Shown here piece after piece: positions 39,825 through 48,986 of a stretch of 64,000 bases of DNA; position 1 is the first letter of the stretch; each line of letters opens with the position of its first letter. Both the position numbers and the translations under genes were made by a program. The notes beneath the pieces are model-generated. The model worked only from the letters and a program-made list of their open reading frames with translations. It was not told where the DNA came from and ran no database searches. Source of the DNA: Desulfatiglandales bacterium (GTDB lineage Bacteria > Desulfobacterota > DSM-4660 > Desulfatiglandales > Desulfatiglandaceae); assembly GCA_963662465.1 (NCBI GenBank), contig OY759599.1, positions 7,872,001-7,936,000 of the forward strand, given 5' to 3'.

Positions 39825-40580
39825 ATGAAAGTTTCACTTGGACGATTGCTTTTGTGGGTTTTGTGCATCTCTTTACCGATGAGAATTTGTGCTGTTGCCG
39901 CCGAATCTGAATTCTCAGAAAACCTTTCCATTGCGGAGAATTCTGAAAAAGGCTTGAGAGATCGCATTGTGGCGATACTTTATTTGGGGACATCCGGAGA
40001 GGAGCAGGCATTGAAACCGATGCTTGCAATCCTGATGAACCAGAAAGAAAAAGAGGGAATCCGGTGCGGGGCCGTCAGGGGCCTGGCGGATCTGGAACAG
40101 GGAAGGCCTCAGGTCATTTCCGGTTTTGAACAGGTGTATCGCGAACCGGGCGCGGGAGAGAATCTCAGATATACGATCCTTTTTTCCCTGGGTCGGATGC
40201 GGGCTGGGGAATCACTCCCGCTCCTTTCCGATGCCCTTTCCGATCCAAGCGAAATGATCAGGTTCAAGGCTTCGCAGGCAATAGGGAATATTGGGACGGT
40301 GGCGTCAGGAGCACTGCTCATCACCCATCTGAACAAAGAGCAGGACAAGATGGTTCGGGCCGAAATAGTTCGGGTCATGGGAGGTGCAAAGGGCCCTGAG
40401 ATCCAGAAGGTGCTCATAAAGACACTCCTGTCTGACCCATCGCCCCTGGTGCGCTGGAATGCAGCCCTTACCCTGGAAAAGTTTGAACCTTTGAGTCCGG
40501 ACGTACGTTCTGCCATTGCGCCCGCAATCAATGATGATTCCCCCATGGTTCGAAAAACGGTGAAAGGAATACTGCAATGA
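39825..40580 (+). CDS. Exported HEAT-repeat protein
   Basis: Signal peptide; repeated L.D.S..VR..A..ALG units; GGGAGG RBS. Confidence 0.85.
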   Translation: MKVSLGRLLLWVLCISLPMRICAVAAESEFSENLSIAENSEKGLRDRIVAILYLGTSGEEQALKPMLAILMNQKEKEGIRCGAVRGLADLEQGRPQVISGFEQVYREPGAGENLRYTILFSLGRMRAGESLPLLSDALSDPSEMIRFKASQAIGNIGTVASGALLITHLNKEQDKMVRAEIVRVMGGAKGPEIQKVLIKTLLSDPSPLVRWNAALTLEKFEPLSPDVRSAIAPAINDDSPMVRKTVKGILQ

Positions 40581-41542
40581 AAAAAAAATCTTTTAGAGCC
40601 AATTTCAAAACGCCCCCTTTTGCCCGATCTTTGTGTCAGGCTCAAATTTTAATCCTCGAAATATCAAATATATTCCTGTGGGTAAAATTTTTGACTTCCT
40701 TGATCTCGAATAAAATTGAGCATTTTAAAACCGGCTCTTTTATTATCTTGTTCTTCTGGTTGTTCTTCTGGGGTGGGGAATGTGTGGCCCTGGAAAAAGG
40801 GGCACTGCTGTATCACACCAGTGCCAACGGCATTATTTACGGTAAAACGGACCAACTGGAATTGCCCTGTTCCGTGCTGCAAGCCGTGCTGGGTCAATTG
40901 AAATCGGGCCACGTGGGCTTGTATATAGGGGGTCTTCGCATTATTCACGCCGTGTTAGAGGGAGTTGTGGAAACGGATTCGAAGAATTTTATCCCTGTTG
41001 ATGAAAAGGAAGAAAGCGTTGTTTACTTAGGGGCCAAATTGCCGGTGAACTATGATGATCCCTCGGAATGGAGTGAGGAAAGAAAGGAGCAGATTGTTCT
41101 GATAGCCAAAGAACAGGTTGGCAAAGGATACGATCTCCTCTTTAAGAAGCAGACTGGTCCTGATTCAGGAGATTTTACCTGCGTGGGCTTTGTGGAATAC
41201 GTGTTTGAGCAGGTAGGCTATATTGTTACCCCGATGGGTTATTACAGTGGGGGGCCGGGCGGCAAAAGCTATACCCAGGTGTACAACTGCGAGTCGACCT
41301 TGTGGCAGGACTGGGATGGTGTCAATACGTTTGCCGAGGAGGTCCGGTTCTCCATGTTCACCCATCCCCTTGACTTCTGCTGCGGCAAGGAATTTGAAGA
41401 CCGGAAGTATATGTTTTTTCCCTACACCCAGTTCTTGCAGGGCAGTACTGTTGCAGTGGAGACCGATATCCCCGTGACGGACGGAGAAGATTCTGGTGGT
41501 GGAGGCGGAGGGAGTTGCTTTATTGGAACTGTTGGGCATTGA
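40577..41542 (+). CDS. Permuted papain-like (YiiX/YebB, NlpC/P60) protein with CFI-box-type C-terminus; MITE inserted in frame in the signal peptide
   Basis: GHVGLYIG..IIHA, QVGKGYD..FTCVGFVEYVF, terminal GGGGGSCFIGT. Confidence 0.78.
   Translation: MKKKSFRANFKTPPFARSLCQAQILILEISNIFLWVKFLTSLISNKIEHFKTGSFIILFFWLFFWGGECVALEKGALLYHTSANGIIYGKTDQLELPCSVLQAVLGQLKSGHVGLYIGGLRIIHAVLEGVVETDSKNFIPVDEKEESVVYLGAKLPVNYDDPSEWSEERKEQIVLIAKEQVGKGYDLLFKKQTGPDSGDFTCVGFVEYVFEQVGYIVTPMGYYSGGPGGKSYTQVYNCESTLWQDWDGVNTFAEEVRFSMFTHPLDFCCGKEFEDRKYMFFPYTQFLQGSTVAVETDIPVTDGEDSGGGGGGSCFIGTVGH
40596..40737. mobile_element. 142-bp MITE with TTTTA direct repeat, inserted in frame
   Basis: TIRs GAGCCAATTTCAAAACG / GAGCCGGTTTTAAAATG (13/17); TTTTA at 40591-40595 and 40738-40742. 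Confidence 0.82.
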
Positions 41543-41948
41543 ACTTTTTTAGCCTCTCAATTCCATGATTCCGGAAGAATGGTGAAATTGCTGAATACTG
41601 TTTCCACAGGCCAAGATGCTGTGGTATCTTTTTTATGATTTCGGGGAAAAGCTGAACATAAACCCAAAACCTTATCGGATTTCAGATAGAAATAAGATAG
41701 TGGCAGTCCCTTGTCGGACCACAAAAACAAAGCCACACTTTTCCCAAACAACCATTTATAGAGCATCTCAGTAGCAAAATGGCCGTATATCAAGAATTTC
41801 AATGCCAAAATCTGTGGCCCCTTTCACCTTTTTGGGCTTCAAGGAATTCAACGCGTTTAAAAAAAACGAGCATTTTTTGCCCCCTTACTCTCTTTTTGAT
41901 GAAATCGGGCCCCGCTTCTACAATATTTCGGAAAAAGGCGCCGGGCAA

Positions 41949-43445
41949 TTAAACCCATCTCCGAAGATACTCATTCATGCGAAGTTTTCGTTTCGTACTC
42001 GCCGAAGTCATGTAACGGACCTTCCCAAAGACCGGTCTTTCAGGGCCCCACGCCCGGTCGTGCCGACCCAGAATCCAAAAGATGCCCGTATAGGAATTGG
42101 GATCCCTTCCATCCAGGGCGTAACGGTTGTTAAGCTTTTCCATGATCCGAAGGGCATCCGTCGGCGTGGCGGACCAGTGCAATATCTTTTTTCCCCAGAG
42201 CATTCGAAGGTAATTGTGAATCCTGCCCTCTTCTAAGAGTTGATTCTGGGCGGCGTTCCATATGGGATCATGGGTGCGGGCTTCTTCAAATTCCTGCATC
42301 GTATAAAGAAACGGCCTGGGATCTTTGTGGTGTTGTTCAAGCGTCTGAATGGCCCAGTTGGGGAGAGAGCCATATTCGGGGTAATCGGGCCGGTTGTGGC
42401 AGAACTGAAACCCCAGTTCCCGCCAGGTGATGATTTGATCCAGAAAGGCCTCGGCATTTTCGTCCATTCCCCACCACCCTTCTCTCTGCCCTTTTGCCTG
42501 TTCGGCACACTTTTTCGGCGACCACTGTTGTTGTTTCAAAATCTCTTGAACAACCTCATGTGAAGAGATGTGTCCGAAATGAAGGTATGGCGAAAGACCG
42601 CTTTCAGCTGCCGAATCCGGATGGTTCCGATTTTTTTTATAGGATGAAAACCGTTCTTCCATAAACATTTTGAAAATAGGTCGCGCTTCACCCGTCCCGC
42701 CCCGTTCTTTCACTGGCTGTACCTGGTGATCAATGGGCAAGGTCTTTACGAAATTCCTGATGGGATTGTTTGTGTCAAAAGACATGACGGGCCATCTTTT
42801 AGCGACGGTCGGGGGGATGACGTCAAGGATCTCCCGTTTGAGTCCGGAAAAAGGCCGGGCTTTCGGTTGCTGGTTAAGAAGCATCAGCAGGTGTTTCTGG
42901 GAAAAACGCCTGAAATGGTAGGCGGCCTGGAAAACCTTATCGGATAGGCGAAGCGGGATCAGACCGTTGCTGTCCACCTTTTCCATGAGTACCCCCACCT
43001 TTCCGGCAGCGGCCTTTGTCATGGCGGGAATGAAAAAGCACGGAAAGTGGTCCGTAACGATAACGCAGGCATTCCGGGAGAGGCTTTCAAGGAGCCCTTT
43101 CCCTTCACCCCGGACTCCCTCCACATAGGGATAGTAGGAAACCGGCCCTTTGGCCAGTTCACGGGCGTTATGGGCCATGCCTTCCAGAACAAAGGCATGG
43201 AGTCTGTCGCCGGCCCAGGGGTAGTCGCACCGAAGGGCCTCCAATACCAAGAGGGGTTTTTGCAACGCTTTGGCCCAGTCCACGGCCCGGTCCAGCGCAA
43301 AATTCCAGCTAACCCGTCTGAAAGCCGTCATCCAGTAGAGAACAAAGTCGCCATGGGGATTCACCGAATCTTTGTTACAGGACATTACACGCAAGCTTGG
43401 GACAGATCCGTTCAATTTCAAGGCATCTCCATAAAACAATCTCAA
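41949..43445 (-). CDS. phrB: Class II CPD DNA photolyase
   Basis: VLYWM...R...NFAL, SGLSPYLHFGHIS, THDPIWNAAQ, HNYLRMLWGKKIL.W, DGRDPNSY.G..W..G.HDRAW.ERPVFGKVRYM. Confidence 0.92.
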   Translation of the reverse strand: MRLFYGDALKLNGSVPSLRVMSCNKDSVNPHGDFVLYWMTAFRRVSWNFALDRAVDWAKALQKPLLVLEALRCDYPWAGDRLHAFVLEGMAHNARELAKGPVSYYPYVEGVRGEGKGLLESLSRNACVIVTDHFPCFFIPAMTKAAAGKVGVLMEKVDSNGLIPLRLSDKVFQAAYHFRRFSQKHLLMLLNQQPKARPFSGLKREILDVIPPTVAKRWPVMSFDTNNPIRNFVKTLPIDHQVQPVKERGGTGEARPIFKMFMEERFSSYKKNRNHPDSAAESGLSPYLHFGHISSHEVVQEILKQQQWSPKKCAEQAKGQREGWWGMDENAEAFLDQIITWRELGFQFCHNRPDYPEYGSLPNWAIQTLEQHHKDPRPFLYTMQEFEEARTHDPIWNAAQNQLLEEGRIHNYLRMLWGKKILHWSATPTDALRIMEKLNNRYALDGRDPNSYTGIFWILGRHDRAWGPERPVFGKVRYMTSASTKRKLRMNEYLRRWV

Positions 43446-43466
43446 GGGTTCTCTGTTGGATCAATT

Positions 43467-43928
43467 TTAAGGTTGCAGATCCGAAACCACCCCATAGTGG
43501 GACCGTGTGGGACCTTCCAGGAATAAATAGGACTCAACACTGATTTTAACAGGCTCCCCCTGGGGATTTTTAAAAAAATTCTTAAGTTCAGGATGTCTAA
43601 TGGACAATATGTTGCGAATCCGTTTCCGTTCCAGTTCCTTCAGAACCCTGTTGAACCGTCCGGAAACCGTAAGGGCAAGTGTTTCCGCTGGGTCGAAATC
43701 CAATGAACCCTGCCGGGTGTCAATCAAGAGGCTGACGGCCGGATTCTCACACATATTTTGATATTTTCGGCCCTCATTCAATGTCATGAGGTAGATTTCA
43801 TCACATGTTGTATTGCTCGCATAGGCCATCAACGAACAGTATGGCTGATTATTCGATGCCGTGGCCAGAACGCAGGTGTTCTGTTTCCGTATTAGATTCC
43901 TGATTTTTTCACGAATATTTTCATTCAT
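43467..43928 (-). CDS. Pyridoxamine 5'-phosphate oxidase-family protein
   Basis: CVLAT..NQPYCSLMAY, RKYQNM.ENPAVSLLIDTR. Confidence 0.85.
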   Translation of the reverse strand: MNENIREKIRNLIRKQNTCVLATASNNQPYCSLMAYASNTTCDEIYLMTLNEGRKYQNMCENPAVSLLIDTRQGSLDFDPAETLALTVSGRFNRVLKELERKRIRNILSIRHPELKNFFKNPQGEPVKISVESYLFLEGPTRSHYGVVSDLQP

Positions 43929-44165
43929 CGATTTCCCTCATGGGATAATGTCATAGGTGTCATAGTCTGTACCCGATAATACCAAAATTCTGATTTTAGG
44001 GTCAATCAAATAGATGGTTTCAAAGCTTGACACCACGCAATGGATGATTAATTTAAAATCTCTTATTGATAAAATCGAATATTGTAAACCCGCCCTGAAT
44101 AAGGGGCCACGAGCCGGGTTTCACCATACAGGTGATTCACGGCTTTTTTTATGGAGGTAATTTTT

Positions 44166-45227
44166 ATGGCGTCATCAAATTCTTTTCCCAGGGGTCATGA
44201 CGTGGAATTGAACCCCCTTCACCGTCCGGACGCTTTTTCCAGACTGGACGATTCCAATGACAAACATTTTTATGAAACCGACCGGTTTGTCAGCCATCTT
44301 GATTCGGTGGCGCTTTCAACGGTCGAGCATATCATTTCAAGCCTCATCTTGGAAAAAGATCCCGTGATTCTGGATCTGATGGCGGGATGGGACAGCCATC
44401 TTCCGAGCGATTTAAGGGCTTCTGAAATTGTCGGACTGGGCCTCAATGAAAACGAATTGAAAAAAAATGAACAGCTGACTTATTATGTTGTTCACGATCT
44501 CAATCACAACCCCCGTCTCCCTTTTCCCAATGATACCTTTGATGCGATCGTTAACACGGTGTCAGTGGATTACATGACGCAACCGGTTGCTGTATTTGAG
44601 GAGGTGGGGCGAATCCTGAAACCGGGTGGACTCTTTCTGGTTATTTTTTCAAACCGCATGTTCCCCCAAAAAGCCGTCAAGGTCTGGCGGGATTCAGATG
44701 AAAATGAACGGGTGATTCTTGTGAATGAGTTATTTGAGCTTTCGGGTGCATTTGAGGAAACATCCCGTTTTGCATCCAAAGGGAAACCGAGACCAGAGAA
44801 TGACAAATATGCCGGACAGACCACGGTAAGCGACCCCGTTTATGCGGTCTATGCTGAAAAAAAAGGCGGCGGCGCCGGCCGGAAAAGGCTGGTTATCAAA
44901 AGCGTTTTTGGCGAAAAGATGCCGGAGGAACTTCTTGAGAAAAGAAAGGCCGCGGTCAAAGAGACCCTTCGGTGCCCCCATTGTGACGAAAAGCTGCAAA
45001 AATGGGAGGTGCCGGACAACCCTTTCTGTCAGACCTGGGATAACGATTTCATGTACATTTGTTTCAACGATGCGTGTCCCTATTTTGTCAGGGGGTGGGA
45101 CAGAATGTACAGTGAAACCAACCAGGGCATGAGCTACCGTCTCATGTACAACCCGGAAAAGGACCGCTGTATGCCAATTCCGGTGCCGACCCATATGGCA
45201 CTGAAAGACGGCATCATGGAGGACTAG
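44166..45227 (+). CDS. Class I SAM-dependent methyltransferase with C-terminal zinc-ribbon-like domain
   Basis: ILDLMAGWDSH, GLGLN..EL, TVSVDYM..P, RILKPGG, FSNRMFP; C-terminal CPHC...ICFNDACPY. Confidence 0.85.
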   Translation: MASSNSFPRGHDVELNPLHRPDAFSRLDDSNDKHFYETDRFVSHLDSVALSTVEHIISSLILEKDPVILDLMAGWDSHLPSDLRASEIVGLGLNENELKKNEQLTYYVVHDLNHNPRLPFPNDTFDAIVNTVSVDYMTQPVAVFEEVGRILKPGGLFLVIFSNRMFPQKAVKVWRDSDENERVILVNELFELSGAFEETSRFASKGKPRPENDKYAGQTTVSDPVYAVYAEKKGGGAGRKRLVIKSVFGEKMPEELLEKRKAAVKETLRCPHCDEKLQKWEVPDNPFCQTWDNDFMYICFNDACPYFVRGWDRMYSETNQGMSYRLMYNPEKDRCMPIPVPTHMALKDGIMED

Positions 45228-45347
45228 GGACATCGTCAGATTATAAGTTACTCAAAGGCTTTCGGTTTTTTTCCTACAATTTGGGCAGCCTTCTATGCAA
45301 TTCCATACGAGTTTTGCGTGGCATATAAACTTATAACCTGAAGTCCC
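45227..45347. repeat. Imperfect inverted-repeat element (possible degenerate MITE)
   Basis: TCAGATTATAAGTT vs reverse complement TCAGGTTATAAGTT (13/14) with GGGAC/GTCCC outer ends. Confidence 0.45.
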
Positions 45348-45411
45348 CCATTATTCTAAGGGCTCATCGCGGATTAACGTGAAAATCGCTACTGACTTCG
45401 CTTTCGCACTC

Positions 45412-45554
45412 GTTCCCATGCTCTGCGTGGGAACTGTTTTCGGACGCTCTGCGTCCCGGTTTGGACCCCTAAGAAATGGGTCTGTAGCGGTTCAAAAGAC
45501 GAATTGTCGGACGCGGGAGCGTCCAAGGTAGGTTCCCACGCAGAGCATGGGAAC
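45412..45554. repeat. REP doublet (REPIN-like nested palindrome)
   Basis: Perfect 23-bp inverted pair GTTCCCATGCTCTGCGTGGGAAC, each itself a hairpin; inner pair GGACGC..GCGTCC. Confidence 0.85.
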
Positions 45555-45620
45555 CAGCCCGAGAGAACAACAAAATTCTCTTCTTCACGTTAATCCGCGA
45601 AGACCCATTCTAAGAAACCA

Positions 45621-46772
45621 TCATTTCGCTGCCGTTTCCCGAACCTTCTTTTTTCTTAATCTCCTGGCGCCCTCAAGCAGGATCAGGCCTGCCAGAAAGA
45701 TCATCCCCCATTGGTTGAGGGTGGGAATGGGGGTTGGCGGTTGGGGGTCGTCGCCCGGGACATACTTCCAGGTTTCGCCCGATAACCGTCCGTTGTTTTC
45801 GCCGCCGAACAGGAACATGTCGACTTTCCGGTCGGCATCGATTACCGGCACGGCGGCGCCATAGGATTGGACCGGGCCATCCGGTTGTTGGGTCCAGATA
45901 TTCTGCGCGACGTCATATTTCCAGGTTGCGCCGATATCCGTGCCTTGCCCATCACGTCCGCCGGCAATCCACAGGTTTTCGCCGTCGCTGATGCCACTCA
46001 GGTTAAAAACCGGGACCGGGGCGGACCGGCCGGCATCAATATCAATCAAGCCGTTGGTTGCCGGGGCGGACCCGCTGACATTGATATCGAGCCAGCCGTT
46101 GGTTGCCGGGTCGTAGACCAGGATATTGCCATAAAGCTGTTGGCCGTTCGATCCGCCGATGACGTACATCTTGCCGCCAACGACCCCGGCGTAATGGCCG
46201 TAGCGCTGCGGAGTGGTGTCGGAGGCGGTCTTGCGATACCATCTGTTGGTTTCCAGGTTATAGCTCCACAACTGATTGTCGATCATTGAACCCGAAATGC
46301 CGCCGTAGACATAAATTTTGTTGCCGATGGCCACCATGCTGTAATCAATGCGCGGGCTGGGCCAGTCATTGTCGGGCACGATCGGGGTCCAGCTATTGGC
46401 CTGAGGATCATAACACCAGCCATCGGTGATGTTGTAGCCACCGCTGACCATTCCCGAAAAGATGTACATTTTGTTATTGGCAACGACCGCCTTGTGGCCG
46501 TAGCGGCCTACGGGCTTTTCGTCCAGTGGAAAAAGCCTTTTCCATTCATTACTATCTCTGCTGAATTGCCATAAATCGTTGAGGATGGACGAATCATCAC
46601 GTGTTTCGCCCACTCCCCCGAACATATAGACTTTCCCGTTGATTTCGGCCATGCTATGGCCTTTGCGCGGGTTGGGGCCATCACCGGGGACTTGTTGCCA
46701 GCCCTCGTCGGCGCAGAGCCAGCTCGGCATGGTTAGCAGCAATATCGCCAGAATCCACCATTTTTTTATCAT
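45621..46772 (-). CDS. Secreted Kelch-repeat protein with IPTL-CTERM sorting signal
   Basis: Signal peptide; repeated R.GH...KxYxFGG..W.YD units; C-terminal IPTLNQWGMIFLAGLILL..RRLRKKK. Confidence 0.9.
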   Translation of the reverse strand: MIKKWWILAILLLTMPSWLCADEGWQQVPGDGPNPRKGHSMAEINGKVYMFGGVGETRDDSSILNDLWQFSRDSNEWKRLFPLDEKPVGRYGHKAVVANNKMYIFSGMVSGGYNITDGWCYDPQANSWTPIVPDNDWPSPRIDYSMVAIGNKIYVYGGISGSMIDNQLWSYNLETNRWYRKTASDTTPQRYGHYAGVVGGKMYVIGGSNGQQLYGNILVYDPATNGWLDINVSGSAPATNGLIDIDAGRSAPVPVFNLSGISDGENLWIAGGRDGQGTDIGATWKYDVAQNIWTQQPDGPVQSYGAAVPVIDADRKVDMFLFGGENNGRLSGETWKYVPGDDPQPPTPIPTLNQWGMIFLAGLILLEGARRLRKKKVRETAAK

Positions 46773-47036
46773 CACCAACCTCCTTTTTGTCAAAAATCAA
46801 AATTAGATGATAAAATAGGAAGTTATTTTTTGTCAACGAAAAGTGAGCTCATCTGGTGACGAGTGGACTTTCCCAAGAAACCATCATTTCGCCGCTGTTT
46901 CCCGAAATACAACACGGGACAATATTCTGGTGGTTACCTACGATCTGACGCTGAATCCTGCCTTGACTCGAGATGAGCTGTGAACCGACAACCGTGAATA
47001 TGTCAAAGCTTCCACTGATCAGGAGGCAGTGTGAAC

Positions 47037-47288
47037 TCAGGCCTTGACCCTGGCCATTACGCCGGCGATATCCTCTTGATTAAACTGATAGGGCGTTGCG
47101 CAATGCCGGCATTTGATCTCCATGGGAAAAGGGCCGTTTTCAGCCAGATCCTTCAGGTCTGACATGGGAAGCATGGCCAGCATCTGTAGAACCCGGTTAT
47201 GATTGCAGTGGCACATGAACTCAATCCGGTGATCCCCCAGAAATTGGGGATTCAGACCCTTGAAAACATTTGAAACCAAGGTTTCAGG
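47037..47288 (-). pseudogene. Duplicated 3' end of hslO
   Basis: Near-identical to 48987-49238 (offset 1950 bp). Confidence 0.9.
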
Positions 47289-47424
47289 CTTTTCTCCGCT
47301 GTTAAAAGAGAACCGCGGAGCTGAACTGAATCTGGATCACATCCAGGCCATGCTCCCCGGCGACACGAATGTTGCTGCTGAGGATTATGAAATTGAACTG
47401 AAATCGAACCAGGCAAACTTTCCG

Positions 47425-47755
47425 ACCGCCGATGTACACGGGCCGGCCGGCCTGGGCGGGGTGTGCGGGGAATATATCTTCGATAACACGCTTACGCTTG
47501 TCAGGGAAGATGCTCTGAAGCTGTTTTCAGAAACGATTGAATCCCATCCTGCAGGCACAGTCACCCTCATCACCACCGGCCCTCTCACCAATCTGGCCCG
47601 CTTCATCGAGCAGTGCCCGGAAACGGTCAAAAAACTGCGGCGGGTCATCGCCATGGGCGAGGTTTTCTTTAAAGTCCGGCAACCGAAGCCAGGCCGCTGA
47701 ATTCAATATCCATTTCGATCCCACGTCCGCCAAAAAGGTGGTTGAATTCCGCCGC
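47425..47755 (+). pseudogene. Nucleoside hydrolase internal fragment
   Basis: VHG.AGLG, TTGPLTNLA, IAMG, then frameshifted AEFNIHFDP.SA. Confidence 0.8.
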
Positions 47756-47836
47756 GCCCCCAAGTCTTCCGGTCTTGGCCGATGGCATGAGACCCACTAG
47801 ATACAGCCCCTTCTGCGTGAGGGGGGAAGAAGCCCC

Positions 47837-48319
47837 CTATTGGGGATAAAGGATGTTAAGACCTTGAAAATAGGCACGATAAAAACCACGGTCCCTGGTA
47901 ATGAATCGGTCTGCCTGCACCTCGGCATGCGCACCGATCAAAAAATCCGCGATGATGTGCTGCCGTGAAGTAATGGTTTTTCCGCAAAAACCGCAGATTA
48001 CCTGATTATGCCTGCCGCAGGCCGGACAGCCAAATCCTCGTTTTCTTCGGCCCAAATAGGTCTTCCACGCCAGGCTGGCTCGGAAAAGAGATGCCTTATT
48101 TGAAGAAACCATCCTGATGCCCGTATCGCGAATGAATGTATCAAGGTTTTCGGCAGACAGAAATTGAGAACTCAACTCAGCGTAAACCATCTCGCAAACG
48201 ATGAGTTCATCATTGCCGGGCTCGGTCGTCAAACAGCGTAATGAAGAATGGAGATGTTCCGCATTGGGAATCAGAATATCGAGCAGTATATTCGTGTCAA
48301 TCGCCGTAATCACTGACAT
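47837..48319 (-). CDS. VapC/PIN toxin with CxxC-CxxC insertion
   Basis: AIDTNILLD, VYAEL, ADFLIGAHA, ITRD; CPACG..CGFCG insert. Confidence 0.85.
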   Translation of the reverse strand: MSVITAIDTNILLDILIPNAEHLHSSLRCLTTEPGNDELIVCEMVYAELSSQFLSAENLDTFIRDTGIRMVSSNKASLFRASLAWKTYLGRRKRGFGCPACGRHNQVICGFCGKTITSRQHIIADFLIGAHAEVQADRFITRDRGFYRAYFQGLNILYPQ

Positions 48320-48539
48320 CTCCTCGCAATTCGTTAACGACGTCATCGGGTCTTTTTCCGTGTAGATGGCTTAGAAAACCCACATATTTTGACAGGTTAT
48401 TGATGTGTGGTTTCTTTTTGCTGAGGACGACTTTGGTTTCTTCCACTTCAAAAATAATTTCATCACCGGCCTTTATGTGCATCAATAACCGGATTTGTTG
48501 GGGAATCGTTACCTGACCTTTTTTGGTTACTCTGGGCAT
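48297..48539 (-). CDS. AbrB/MazE-family (VapB) antitoxin
   Basis: RVTKKGQVTIP..IR....GD.I.F. Confidence 0.88.
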   Translation of the reverse strand: MPRVTKKGQVTIPQQIRLLMHIKAGDEIIFEVEETKVVLSKKKPHINNLSKYVGFLSHLHGKRPDDVVNELRGDVSDYGD

Positions 48540-48986
48540 GTCATCACCTTTTGAGAAGTCTTACTGTAAGTATTACCTTCTAAAGAATATACGTCAAGTG
48601 AAAATACTCTGGACGGCGATTCCCACTATGAAGATTGATTGGGCCCAAAATCAGCGGAAGACGCATCTTGCCAACCTTTGCAGATCGTTTGCTGCTAATG
48701 AATCGCTGATGCTCGGCGACGGATATGATCGTCGCGGCGCTGGCGCAAACGCCGTCCATGTACTTGTAAATGGGGATCGGACTTCTAATGGCTGCCGGAA
48801 CGATTGTTGTCGTTGCTGCCCCTGTAGCTGCAGCTGCGGCCATTGGCGGACTGGTTTACCGGCTCTTCAGCGACTGATGGCACTTTTTAATTTCCGATGG
48901 AAAAATTCTTGAACATATAGGGGTCGGTCAATTTGTTACTCATTGCGCCGCATGGGAATCTTGCTGTCACACAGTGTGAACGAAAC

